From a virus (Duplodnaviria; Caudoviricetes), in the IMG/VR virus record IMGVR_UViG_3300025387_000009: a stretch of DNA of 64,000 nucleotides; one strand, 5' to 3'. Both the position numbers and the translations under genes were made by a program. Below, piece after piece: positions 27,434 to 37,530 of this stretch (within the stretch, counting starts at the first letter, position 1; each line of letters begins with the position of its first letter). The notes beneath the pieces are model-generated. The model saw only the letters and a list, made by a program, of their open reading frames with translations, had not been told where the DNA came from and did not search any database.

Positions 27434-27813
27434 TGGCAATAAGTGTAGAAGGTTTATATGCTCTTTGTTCTAGCAATCTTGTTGAATTAAGATTTGTTAG
27501 GAGAAATAAGCGTGTAAACCCTAATACACGACGAATGCTTTGCACAAACGATCAAAGCTTATTTAAATCTGTCTTTGGTAAAGATGTTTTAAATTATAAA
27601 AAACCAAAACAAACGCCTCCGTATAATGCAAAATCGAAAGGTTTATGCACATTATGGGATATTTTAATGCAAGATTGGCGAAATATCCCAACCGAATCCG
27701 TAGAAGTTGTTGCTGTCATTCCAACCAAACCTTTAAAACAATTTTTAGTTTATTTCGACAAGGTTATTAGACCAATGAGTGCTGTTCAGAAAGAGCAGTT
27801 TATGAAAAAATAA
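27433..27813 (+). CDS. SH3/WYL-like beta-barrel protein (DUF2693-like)
   Basis: VELRFVRR...RRMLCT...LWDILMQDWRNI. Confidence 0.55.
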   Translation: MAISVEGLYALCSSNLVELRFVRRNKRVNPNTRRMLCTNDQSLFKSVFGKDVLNYKKPKQTPPYNAKSKGLCTLWDILMQDWRNIPTESVEVVAVIPTKPLKQFLVYFDKVIRPMSAVQKEQFMKK

Positions 27814-27814
27814 A

Positions 27815-28174
27815 ATGACAATATACGGAACAAAATTAGAAGAGGTTTGTAAGTTTTTATTACAAAAAAATATCACTCTGGAGTTAGGAAAAAAACTCCA
27901 CAAGCAGGGTAAATTAATTTTGTTTTATCAAAAGAATTTTTATCTTACTTTTATAATGGATACACCAAAAAAGGCAAAGGAAAAAATAGAAATACCTATT
28001 CCCTTTGATGTAGAGCTTCATGAGGAAGACGATTTGGTGTATTTTGATTATAGAATTAAAACTTTATCAAAACATGCACCTGAAATAGAAAATAATTTAA
28101 TTTTATACCCTTCAAAGGTTGCAGGAAATAAATTTTGGGATACAATATTAACTATCAATGCAAGAATCAACTAA
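27815..28174 (+). CDS. Hypothetical protein
   Basis: 119-aa ORF in a co-directional run. Confidence 0.55.
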   Translation: MTIYGTKLEEVCKFLLQKNITLELGKKLHKQGKLILFYQKNFYLTFIMDTPKKAKEKIEIPIPFDVELHEEDDLVYFDYRIKTLSKHAPEIENNLILYPSKVAGNKFWDTILTINARIN

Positions 28175-28424
28175 AAACATATATAGTGCTTTTTCAGGAA
28201 CGTTTTATACGATCCCCGAAAAAGATTTTTCACTTTTGGATATGGGGCAACTACCTTTAACCAAAAAACCATCTTCAAGCTGTAAGAAATGTCTAGGAAG
28301 AGGTCATATTGGTAGAGATAGTCAAACTTTTACATATCAAATATGTAATTGTGTTAGAAAAGTGCTAGATATAGAAGAAATTAAGAAAAGTATTACTGAT
28401 AAAATTGATTTGAATAATCTATAG
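28158..28424 (+). CDS. Small zinc-finger protein
   Basis: CKKCLGRG...CNC. Confidence 0.55.
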   Translation: MQESTKNIYSAFSGTFYTIPEKDFSLLDMGQLPLTKKPSSSCKKCLGRGHIGRDSQTFTYQICNCVRKVLDIEEIKKSITDKIDLNNL

Positions 28425-28447
28425 TAAAAAGGGGTAAATAGTATGTA

Positions 28448-28786
28448 ATGATGACATACAATATACCTCAACATATTGCTGGTGATACTTGGGTCGGTAT
28501 CACCGATATTACCATTAATAGAAATGGTTCAGCAATAGATTTAACAGGAGCATATGCGGAATTTCAAGTTAAATTTCAAATCGATGCCCCAACGGTTATT
28601 GATTTAAATACAAAAGCTGGCACAATAACATTTATAAACCCTACATCATCAGGTCAACTTGTAATTCCGCCTCAGATAATCGACGTTCCGCCAGCTAATT
28701 ACACTTATACTTTAAGAGTTACGTTATCATCGGGTGAAGTTGATACGTTTTTAACAGGAACGTGGCCCATCGTTAGATATACCTAA
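28448..28786 (+). CDS. BppU-N-like tail/baseplate adaptor protein
   Basis: GDTW, IDLTGA, Y-x-L-x-V and FLTGTW pattern; first gene of the fibre block. Confidence 0.55.
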   Translation: MMTYNIPQHIAGDTWVGITDITINRNGSAIDLTGAYAEFQVKFQIDAPTVIDLNTKAGTITFINPTSSGQLVIPPQIIDVPPANYTYTLRVTLSSGEVDTFLTGTWPIVRYT

Positions 28787-28787
28787 A

Positions 28788-31700
28788 ATGAGTTGTAACG
28801 ATGAAATTATTATAAATCAAAACACGACTCAAAATAGTGTTTTTGTAAATGAATTATCTGCTAATCAATCAATAGAAATTATTGCAGGTGGTGGTTCTTT
28901 AGTTTTATCTGTTAATGGGCAGATTGGTAATGTCATTATAACACCATCATCAATAGGGTTAGGTAACGTTGACAATACAAGTGATTTAAATAAACCTCTA
29001 TCATATGCTACTATCAGTGCTTTATTGTTAAAAACTGATTTATCGGCATTTAATGCACTTAATAATTTAGTAACTAGTCAATATCTTTCATGGGAAAACG
29101 TATATTTTACGGTTAATACTTTAAGTGGTAATTGGAATAATAGTTATAATTGGGTTAACAATAATAGTTCGAATGCAATATTTAATACAATTTCTGCATC
29201 ATCATTATCTGGTGTTTTTTATGGTGATGGCAGTCATTTAATTGGCGCATCTTTACCAAATCAAGTAACTATTAATAGTATAGTTTCTTCTAATTCTGCA
29301 AATTGGAATTCATCATATAATACGGTATTAAATTTAAGTGCTAATTGGAATTCTATTTCTTTTTTACAGACTCTTTCAACTAATGATCAATCTGTTTATG
29401 CTCAAGTTAATACATTAAGTTCTAATTGGAACAGCGGAAGTGGATTTCAGTCTCAATCCGCTAATAATGCTAGTGTTTATAGTAATGTAAATTCGAATTC
29501 TGCTAATTGGAATAGTATATCATTTTTACAGGCTTTATCTGCTAATGATAAGTCTGTTTATTCTACATTTAACGCACAGTCTGCAAATAATGCATCGGTA
29601 TATAACCAAGTTAACAGTTTAAGTTCTGGTTGGGGTAATGGTGGATCTAGTATTTCTGCATCGGTTAGTGGTAATTGGCAGTCAACATATGCAACTGTAT
29701 CAAGTTTAAGTTCTACTTGGAGTTCAATTTCTTTCTTACAGGTACTATCAGCTAACGATCAATCAGTATTCAGTAACGTAAATTCTAATTCTGCTAATTG
29801 GAGTTCAATTTCTTTCTTACAGGTAGCTAGTGCTAATAATGCTAGTGTTTATAGTAATGTAAATTCGAATTCTGCTAATTGGAATAGTATATCATTTTTA
29901 CAGGCTTTATCTGCTAATGATAAGTCTGTTTATTCTACATTTAACGCACAGTCTGCAAATAATGCATCGGTATACACTAATGTAAACTCAAATTCAGCAA
30001 ACTGGAGTTCGATATCTTTCTTACAATCAGCTAGTGCTAATAATGCATCGGTATACACTAATGTAAACTCAAATTCAGCAAACTGGAGTTCGATATCTTT
30101 CTTACAATCAGCTAGTGCTAATAATGCATCTGTTTATACATATGTAAATCAAAATACTTCTAATTGGAATAATGCATACAATAATGCAATTTATACAATT
30201 AACGGAACTAGTAATCAAATAACAGTAACACCTGCTGGTAATAATACTGGAAATAATTCAGCAACAATTAGTTTACCTAATACTGTTAACATAACTACTC
30301 TTAATGTCCTTAGTACACTTAATGTTACTGGATCTGCTAATTTTTATAATACAAATTATTTTGCAGTTAGCGACAATATAATTTATTTTGGTGAAGGTAA
30401 TACTGGTAACACTCTTGATTTGGGATTGGTATCGCATTTTGTAGGAAACCTTAATAACGGTCAGAATAAATATCAACATACTGGTTTAGTTAGACAAGCG
30501 GGACAAAATTCACCAGCAGTCTGGACATTATTTTCAGGATTAACATCAGAGCCTGAATCAACACCAAGCGGAATTAATTGGAGTGATCCTTATCTCCAAA
30601 TGGATAGTTTAAGTGCTAATATATACGCCGCAGGTGGTAATAGCAATCAATGGTCTTCAACATATACAGCTTTTAATACACAAAGCGCAAATAATGTTAG
30701 TGTATACAGTTCTGTTAATTCAAATTCAGCTAATTGGAATAGTATATCGTTCTTACAGTCAGCTAGTGCAAATAATTCATCTGTTTATAGTACCTTTAAC
30801 GCACAATCTGCAAATAATGCATCGGTTTATAGTTCAGTAAATTCAAATAGTGCAAATTGGAGTTCAATATCTTTCTTACAATCAGCTAGCGCAAATAACA
30901 CATCAGTATTCAGTTCATTTAATACACAGTCAGCTAACAATGCATCTGTATATTCAACTTTTAACATTCAAAGTGCAAATAATGCATCAGTTTATAGTTC
31001 GGTAAACACCAATAGTGCAAATTGGAGTTCAATATCTTTCTTACAGTCTGCATCAGCTAACAATATTAGTGTTTATAGTTCATTTAATACACAGTCAGCT
31101 AACAATGTTAGTGTTTATAGTTCATTTAATACACAGTCAGCTAACAATGCATCTGTATATTCAACTTTTAACATTCAAAGTGCAAATAATGCATCAGTTT
31201 ATAGCTCATATAATCAAAATTCATCTTATATAACTACAACAAGTAATATAACAGCAACTATAGCAGCTGGAAATATTGCTATTGGTAATGTTATTAATGC
31301 TGGTACTACTTTACAGCAATTTATAACCAATTTAATAACAACAATTTATTATCCAACATCATCGGCTCCATCTACTTCTTTATCTTTATCATCACCATTT
31401 AATACATCCACTGTTGAAGCTGGTACATCAGCAACATCTATAACATTTACCGACACCTTAAACCAAGGTAACGTAGCTGGTAAATTGGTAGGCGGATTCT
31501 GGCAAGCTGGTACATCTCAAGGTACATTAGTAGGCTCACCTTCTGCTTATTATTTTATGGGTGTTAATGTAGGGTCAACAAATCCTTATGTATCATCTGC
31601 AAATGTTATTATTGCAGACGGTGCTAACACTTTCAATACAACTGTTTATTATAATTCAGGTTCTCAATTTTATAATAGCGTAAATCAACCTTGGAATCAA

Positions 31701-32090
31701 CCATATCCAGCTGGATCAGTTAATGGATCAACAACAGTTACTGGGTATAGAAAAGCATTTTATGGTACTAATATAACAAATGTGGCTAGTCCAACCGCAT
31801 CTGATGTCAGAGCTTTAGCAGGAAGTGTTTTAAATCCAAACAACTCAACTAATTTTTCAGTAAACGTAGTTGCTGGTACGACAACAAATGTAGCATTTGC
31901 ATATCCAACGTCGTATATTTCAAACACACCACAGGCAATTAATAGCGGAACTGGATATAACGATATTAATGCATTTAACAAATCTACAATATTAGTAGGC
32001 GGAGCAAATAATTATAACCCAGTAAGTACTACAGTGTATATCTTAACAGGGGTATTCACAACAAATTACTCGTATTCAATAACTTTATAA
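28788..32090 (+). CDS. Tail fibre-like protein with Ser/Asn repeats
   Basis: SVNGQIGNV...IGLGNVDNTSD...KP fibre motif; 10 xWxSISFLQ repeats. Confidence 0.75.
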   Translation: MSCNDEIIINQNTTQNSVFVNELSANQSIEIIAGGGSLVLSVNGQIGNVIITPSSIGLGNVDNTSDLNKPLSYATISALLLKTDLSAFNALNNLVTSQYLSWENVYFTVNTLSGNWNNSYNWVNNNSSNAIFNTISASSLSGVFYGDGSHLIGASLPNQVTINSIVSSNSANWNSSYNTVLNLSANWNSISFLQTLSTNDQSVYAQVNTLSSNWNSGSGFQSQSANNASVYSNVNSNSANWNSISFLQALSANDKSVYSTFNAQSANNASVYNQVNSLSSGWGNGGSSISASVSGNWQSTYATVSSLSSTWSSISFLQVLSANDQSVFSNVNSNSANWSSISFLQVASANNASVYSNVNSNSANWNSISFLQALSANDKSVYSTFNAQSANNASVYTNVNSNSANWSSISFLQSASANNASVYTNVNSNSANWSSISFLQSASANNASVYTYVNQNTSNWNNAYNNAIYTINGTSNQITVTPAGNNTGNNSATISLPNTVNITTLNVLSTLNVTGSANFYNTNYFAVSDNIIYFGEGNTGNTLDLGLVSHFVGNLNNGQNKYQHTGLVRQAGQNSPAVWTLFSGLTSEPESTPSGINWSDPYLQMDSLSANIYAAGGNSNQWSSTYTAFNTQSANNVSVYSSVNSNSANWNSISFLQSASANNSSVYSTFNAQSANNASVYSSVNSNSANWSSISFLQSASANNTSVFSSFNTQSANNASVYSTFNIQSANNASVYSSVNTNSANWSSISFLQSASANNISVYSSFNTQSANNVSVYSSFNTQSANNASVYSTFNIQSANNASVYSSYNQNSSYITTTSNITATIAAGNIAIGNVINAGTTLQQFITNLITTIYYPTSSAPSTSLSLSSPFNTSTVEAGTSATSITFTDTLNQGNVAGKLVGGFWQAGTSQGTLVGSPSAYYFMGVNVGSTNPYVSSANVIIADGANTFNTTVYYNSGSQFYNSVNQPWNQPYPAGSVNGSTTVTGYRKAFYGTNITNVASPTASDVRALAGSVLNPNNSTNFSVNVVAGTTTNVAFAYPTSYISNTPQAINSGTGYNDINAFNKSTILVGGANNYNPVSTTVYILTGVFTTNYSYSITL
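29460..29974 (+). repeat. 143-bp exact direct repeat (29460-29602 = 29832-29974) within the fibre gene
   Basis: Base-by-base comparison, offset 372. Confidence 0.85.
29958..30130 (+). repeat. 81-bp tandem repeat, about 2.1 copies (27-aa unit)
   Basis: The unit starting aataatgcatcggtatacactaatg recurs at 29958 and 30039, with a partial copy at 30120. Confidence 0.85.
31066..31149 (+). repeat. 42-bp tandem repeat, 2 copies (14-aa unit)
   Basis: ttagtgtttatagttcatttaatacacagtcagctaacaatg twice. Confidence 0.85.
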
Positions 32091-32091
32091 A

Positions 32092-33912
32092 ATGGCTATA
32101 GTAAATACACCACTTTTCTTTCAAAGAACCGTATCCGGTCCACTGGACTACGATTTGGTTTTTTCTAGTACAACAACCAGAACCAGCTTTTTAACGTCTG
32201 GACATGGTAGTAGTACAAAATATGCAGGTATGATTGTTGCCGATACGCAAGATGGCAACGTTTATGTGTTAGATCCAACCGCAACAACTTGGATTCCTAT
32301 AAATATAAATTATAATAATTTTTATAGTGTTTTTATTAGTCAGTCTGCGAATAATTTATCTGTTTATACTCAAGTTAACAGTTTAAGTTCTGGGTGGGGT
32401 AATGGTGGATCTAGTATTTCTGCATCGGTTAGTGGTAATTGGCAGTCAACTTATGTTACTGTATCAAGTTTAAGTTCCACTTGGAATAGTATTTCATTTT
32501 TACAAGCTCTTTCGGCTAATGATCAATCGGTTTATTCTTCATTTAATGCTCAAAGTGCTAATAATGCTAGTGTATACACTCAAGTTAACACTTTAAGTTC
32601 TGGTTGGGGTGGCTCTAGTATATCTGCATCAGTTAGTGGCAACTGGCAGTCAACATATGCAACTGTATCATCTTTAAGTGCCAATTGGAATACCGCATAT
32701 CAAGCAGTTTCATCAATTCCTTATATACTCAATCAGACGCTTTCATCTACAAATACAATTATTGGACTAAATGTATCTAATGCCAAATTTTCTGAAGTTT
32801 TAGGCGGCTCATGCAATGCCGCATCAGGTTGCTATTCAACAGTTGTTAATGGATTTAGTAGTTGCGCCACGGGTTATGGAACATTTGTAGGCGGAGGCTC
32901 AGCTATTTGCGCTACGGGTTGTTATTCTGTAGCAGTTGGCGGAAGACTTAACACTGCTTCTGGATGTTATAGTTTTATTGGTAGTGGTTTTTGTAATTCA
33001 ACCTCAACTGGTACTAGCAATGTAATAATCGGCGGAAGTAACAATAATATATTGGGTACAGGTAATGCTAATTTCATTGGAGGTGGTAATTTCAATTGTA
33101 CAAACGTTTCTGGTGGTGTGATCACAGGTGGTTGCTGCAATATAATATGCGGCGGTGGAAATAATTTCACTACTATTGCTGGTGGTACTAATAACTGCAT
33201 TTATAATGGACAATATTCAAATATTGGGGGTGGTAATTGCAATCTTATTAATACAGGTAGTTTTTTAAGCCCAAATGCAACTATTGCAGGTGGTAGCGGT
33301 AACATTGTATGTTCACCAGCCTCAAGTATATTAGGTGGCTATAGTAATACAATTTATACTAATAGTGGATGTTCTGCCATATTGGGAGGTTGTAAAAATA
33401 ATTTAAATGGCATTGCAACAACAATCGTTGGTGGATTTAAAAATACAACATCTAGTGCATATTCATTTATTGCAGGTGGTTCTGCAAATGATACCAAAGG
33501 ATTTACTAACACCTTTATATTGGGTACATTGTTAAGTGCAAACCAAGCTAATTTTACATATGTAAATAACATATCTTCACAAGGGTTTATATATGATAGT
33601 ATTGGTAATAGCAGTCAATGGAATAGCTCTTATACAAGCTTTAACGCACAATCTGCTAATAATGCATCCGTTTATACATCGGTAAATTCAAACAGTGCAT
33701 CTTGGAATCCAGTTGGGGTTTATTTACCTTTATCAGGTGGTCAGTTAACAGGTGCTCTCACCACAACATCCACTATATCAGCACAAGGTAATATTACTGG
33801 CAATAGTGTTGCTATTAATACTCAAATACAATTTTTAACAGGTAATAACTTTGTTAAAGTTTATCAATTTTATAATTCTGTTACCAATAGTATAGATACG
33901 ATATTTAACTAA
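32092..33912 (+). CDS. Tail fibre/adhesin-like protein with Cys-rich GGxxN repeats
   Basis: Shared Ser/Asn module plus repeated (S/T)xxxGGxxN units. Confidence 0.72.
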   Translation: MAIVNTPLFFQRTVSGPLDYDLVFSSTTTRTSFLTSGHGSSTKYAGMIVADTQDGNVYVLDPTATTWIPININYNNFYSVFISQSANNLSVYTQVNSLSSGWGNGGSSISASVSGNWQSTYVTVSSLSSTWNSISFLQALSANDQSVYSSFNAQSANNASVYTQVNTLSSGWGGSSISASVSGNWQSTYATVSSLSANWNTAYQAVSSIPYILNQTLSSTNTIIGLNVSNAKFSEVLGGSCNAASGCYSTVVNGFSSCATGYGTFVGGGSAICATGCYSVAVGGRLNTASGCYSFIGSGFCNSTSTGTSNVIIGGSNNNILGTGNANFIGGGNFNCTNVSGGVITGGCCNIICGGGNNFTTIAGGTNNCIYNGQYSNIGGGNCNLINTGSFLSPNATIAGGSGNIVCSPASSILGGYSNTIYTNSGCSAILGGCKNNLNGIATTIVGGFKNTTSSAYSFIAGGSANDTKGFTNTFILGTLLSANQANFTYVNNISSQGFIYDSIGNSSQWNSSYTSFNAQSANNASVYTSVNSNSASWNPVGVYLPLSGGQLTGALTTTSTISAQGNITGNSVAINTQIQFLTGNNFVKVYQFYNSVTNSIDTIFN

Positions 33913-33913
33913 T

Positions 33914-34951
33914 ATGGCAACTCTTGTAACAAGATTATCATCTAACGGTGTATATTTTACAAATACATATTTTGACGAAATTACATATACTTCTAATAAA
34001 ATATCTTTAAGTGCTACCTATAGTGCTGGTTTTGATGAAGTCACTCTTCAAGGTTCTAATGTTGTTAAACGAGAGACAAAAAACGGTAATTTTCTTGTAT
34101 CTGGTTATTTTGATGAAATAACACTATCAACCCCGACATCTATTTATAATATTGACATGCTATTAATAGCTGGAGGCGGTTCTGGTGGTTCTGGTACTTC
34201 ACCAGGTGGTGGTGGCGCAGGAGGCGTATTAAATGTTTTATCTTTTAGTGTAACACCAACTAATTCTTATACTATAAGTGTTGGCGGAGGAGGAACAGCC
34301 GTAACAGGAGGCATAAACGGAATAAACGGTGTTAATACAACATTCTCCCTAGGAGGAACAACCTTTTTTACAGCATCTGGAGGTGGTGGTGGAGGTAATG
34401 GAACTAATGGAAATGGTCTTAATGGCGGTTCGGGCGGAGGTGCTGGGAGCGGAGCTTCTGGTGGTTTAAGTGTAATAAATCAAGGTAATAATGGAGGATC
34501 ATCAACATCAGGTAGTGCTGGTGCTGGTGGTGGCGGTGCTGGAGGAGTTGCGCCAAATTCAACAACTACAACACCAACTTCAGGCGGTATTGGAACGAGT
34601 TTATTTTCCTCTTGGGCAGTTGCAACTAATACTGGACAATTATCAGGAGGATTATATTACTATGGTGGAGGTGGTGGCGGTAAGGGTAGTGGTTCATCTG
34701 CTATCGGTGGATTAGGCGGCGGTGGGAACGGAGGTATTGCTAGTGCTTTACCAACCGCAGGTTTATCAAATACAGGCGGTGGCGGTGGAGCAGGACCGAA
34801 TTTGCAAGGTAGCGGAGCAGGTGGTTCAGGACTCGCTATAATACGTTATTTAGGTACAACACAAAAAGGTACTGGCGGAACTGTTACAAATGATGGAACT
34901 TACACTTATCATACGTTTAAATTAACGGGATCAAATACCTTTATTGCATAG
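33914..34951 (+). CDS. Glycine-rich virion-associated protein
   Basis: LLIAGGGSGG...GGGGAGG...GGSGLAIIRY...YTYHTF, a glycine-rich domain typical of phage tail regions. Confidence 0.7.
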   Translation: MATLVTRLSSNGVYFTNTYFDEITYTSNKISLSATYSAGFDEVTLQGSNVVKRETKNGNFLVSGYFDEITLSTPTSIYNIDMLLIAGGGSGGSGTSPGGGGAGGVLNVLSFSVTPTNSYTISVGGGGTAVTGGINGINGVNTTFSLGGTTFFTASGGGGGGNGTNGNGLNGGSGGGAGSGASGGLSVINQGNNGGSSTSGSAGAGGGGAGGVAPNSTTTTPTSGGIGTSLFSSWAVATNTGQLSGGLYYYGGGGGGKGSGSSAIGGLGGGGNGGIASALPTAGLSNTGGGGGAGPNLQGSGAGGSGLAIIRYLGTTQKGTGGTVTNDGTYTYHTFKLTGSNTFIA

Positions 34952-34985
34952 CATAATGCAATTTACAAGTAAATATTAGAAGATC

Positions 34986-37460
34986 ATGGCAAAATTACTA
35001 GGAGGAACAACAATAGCTGGTACGCTGACGGCATCTGGAATCATTTCGGATGCAACTGGTAATTCGTCACAGTGGAATTCGGTTTATACAACAGTTAGTA
35101 CAACATCTGCATCTTGGGGCGGTTCTAGTATTTCTCCATCGGTTAGTGGTAATTGGCAGTCAACTTATGTCACCGTATCAAGTTTAAGCTCCACATGGAG
35201 TAGTATTTCATTTTTACAAGCTCTTTCGGCTAATAATCAATCAGTTTATAGTAATGTTAATTCAAATTCAGCAAACTGGAATTCAATTTCTTTCTTACAA
35301 GTAGCTAGTGCTAACAATGCATCAGTTTATAGTAACGTAAATTCTAATAGTGCAAATTGGAATTCTATTTCATTCTTGCAGTCTGCTAGTGCTAATAATG
35401 CATCAGTTTATAGTAATGTAAATTCAAATTCCGCCATCTGGAACAGTATATCTTTCTTACAAGCTCTTTCTGCTAATGATCAATCTGTTTACTCTTCATT
35501 TAATACACAGTCTGCAAACAATGCGTCAGTATTCAGCAACGTAAATTCTAGTTCAGCCAACTGGAACAGCATTTCATTCTTGCAATCCTTATCAGCTAAT
35601 GATAAATCGGTTTACAGTTCAGTAAACTCAAATTCAGCTAACTGGAATACAGTTTACAACAATGCAATTTATTCGGTTAGTGGTACACCAAATCAAATTT
35701 CAGCATCCGTTAATACGGTTGCGGGTAATAATGCAATAACATTAAGTTTACCATCATCGGTTAACATAACAACATTAAATGTTCTTAGTACGCTTAATAT
35801 TTCTGGAACTGCAAACTTTATTAATACAACAAATTTAAATGTTAGTAGTAATATTATTTATTTTGGAGAAGGTAACACTGGTAATGCATTAGATCTTGGT
35901 ATAGTAACTCACTTTATTGGTAATCTTAACAATGGTAGTTCAAAATATCAACATACTGGTTTAGTTAGACAAGCAGGGCAAAATTCACCAGCAGTTTGGA
36001 CGTTGTTCTCTGGTCTTACGAGTGAACCAGGCACGACAAATAGCGGTATCAATTGGGCAGATCCATATCTTCAAGTTGATACATTAAGCGCAAACGTATA
36101 TTCATCTGGTGGTAATAGTAACCAGTGGAATTCAAATTACACATCATTTAATGCTCAAAGCGCAAATAATGCTAGCGTTTATTCATCTTTTAATTCCCAA
36201 TCTGCTAATAATGCATCGGTTTATAGTTCAGTAAATTCTAATTCAGCAAATTGGAATTCAATATCGTTCTTACAAGCTCTTTCAACTAATGACCAATCTG
36301 TTTACAGTTCAGTAAACTCAAATTCGGCTAATTGGAGTTCAATATCTTTCTTACAAGCCTTATCAGCTAATGATAAATCTGTTTATTCTTCTTTTAATTC
36401 TCAAAGTGGAAACAATGCATCTGTTTATAGTTCTGTAAATTCGAATTCTGCCAATTGGAACTCTATATCTTTCTTACAAGCTGCATCGGCTAACAATTCT
36501 AGTGTTTATAGTTATGTAAATTCAAATTCCGCAACAAATAATCCTTCTTATAACACTTCAACATTTAGCAAACTATCTAGTCAAGCTTATTATGTTAATC
36601 CATCTAACTGTAATATAAATCCAACTTACGGATCAAATTCTGCATCTGGTTATTATAATACAATTCTTGGTGGAAACACTAATTGCATTAATTATAACAG
36701 TCCTTACAATTTAATCGGCGGAGGTTGTAACAATAGCATTTGCGGTCGCTACAATACAATTTTAAATGGATGTAATAACTTTTTAAATGGATTAAATTCA
36801 TTTATTTTGGGATCTAACATATCAGTTAGTGCAAATAATTTTACATTTGTTAATAATATTTCTTCTCAAGGATTAGTAGCTTCACCATCTGCTCAATTTG
36901 GTTCAACTTCTAATATTGCAAAGTTAAATTCTGCTCCATTAACTATTATATCTTCTGCTAGCGGATCTGTATTTAATCAAATACAAAATATTACGCCAAG
37001 TGTTAGTTCCAGTACGGATATTTCATTATATAATGATGATAATATTAATTATTTGGACTTAGGTATAGCTAGTACAAAATATAATGGTAATCTTTATAGC
37101 CCAACATTCAATGTAGTTAATGCTGGAGACTCGTATGTTTACTCAACGAGTGCAAATCTTGTATTAGGCGCAGCATCAACAACAAGTAGTTTAACGTTCT
37201 TTACTGGTGGTACATTAAGTGGCAATGAAAGAATGCGTATTAATCCCAATGGTAATGTTGGAATTGGTACGAGAACACCAAATACAAATTTAACAGTTGT
37301 TGGAAATATTAGTTCTACAAATACAATATATGCAAGTTCATTAAATATAACTTCTGCACCCACAACATTTGTAAATCCGGTAACAGCATCTGGAACATTT
37401 TTAATCGTGAATGTAAACGGAACAAATCAAGCAATTCAACTTTGGAACTATACATCTTAA
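34986..37460 (+). CDS. Tail fibre-like protein with Ser/Asn repeats
   Basis: 8 xWxSISFLQ repeats; ~150-aa domain paralogous to one in 28788-32090; ERMRINPNGNVGIGT motif. Confidence 0.75.
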   Translation: MAKLLGGTTIAGTLTASGIISDATGNSSQWNSVYTTVSTTSASWGGSSISPSVSGNWQSTYVTVSSLSSTWSSISFLQALSANNQSVYSNVNSNSANWNSISFLQVASANNASVYSNVNSNSANWNSISFLQSASANNASVYSNVNSNSAIWNSISFLQALSANDQSVYSSFNTQSANNASVFSNVNSSSANWNSISFLQSLSANDKSVYSSVNSNSANWNTVYNNAIYSVSGTPNQISASVNTVAGNNAITLSLPSSVNITTLNVLSTLNISGTANFINTTNLNVSSNIIYFGEGNTGNALDLGIVTHFIGNLNNGSSKYQHTGLVRQAGQNSPAVWTLFSGLTSEPGTTNSGINWADPYLQVDTLSANVYSSGGNSNQWNSNYTSFNAQSANNASVYSSFNSQSANNASVYSSVNSNSANWNSISFLQALSTNDQSVYSSVNSNSANWSSISFLQALSANDKSVYSSFNSQSGNNASVYSSVNSNSANWNSISFLQAASANNSSVYSYVNSNSATNNPSYNTSTFSKLSSQAYYVNPSNCNINPTYGSNSASGYYNTILGGNTNCINYNSPYNLIGGGCNNSICGRYNTILNGCNNFLNGLNSFILGSNISVSANNFTFVNNISSQGLVASPSAQFGSTSNIAKLNSAPLTIISSASGSVFNQIQNITPSVSSSTDISLYNDDNINYLDLGIASTKYNGNLYSPTFNVVNAGDSYVYSTSANLVLGAASTTSSLTFFTGGTLSGNERMRINPNGNVGIGTRTPNTNLTVVGNISSTNTIYASSLNITSAPTTFVNPVTASGTFLIVNVNGTNQAIQLWNYTS

Positions 37461-37530
37461 AAATATAACTATATTACAAAGAAGATATGTGTCTACACAA
37501 TAACGTTTTTAAATACTAAATATATAATAT

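Noticed and set aside
29607-35241. Near-identical segments between fibre genes as DGR template/variable repeats
   Set aside because: No reverse transcriptase in the window, all copies are coding and internal, and the mismatches I checked are not adenine-specific
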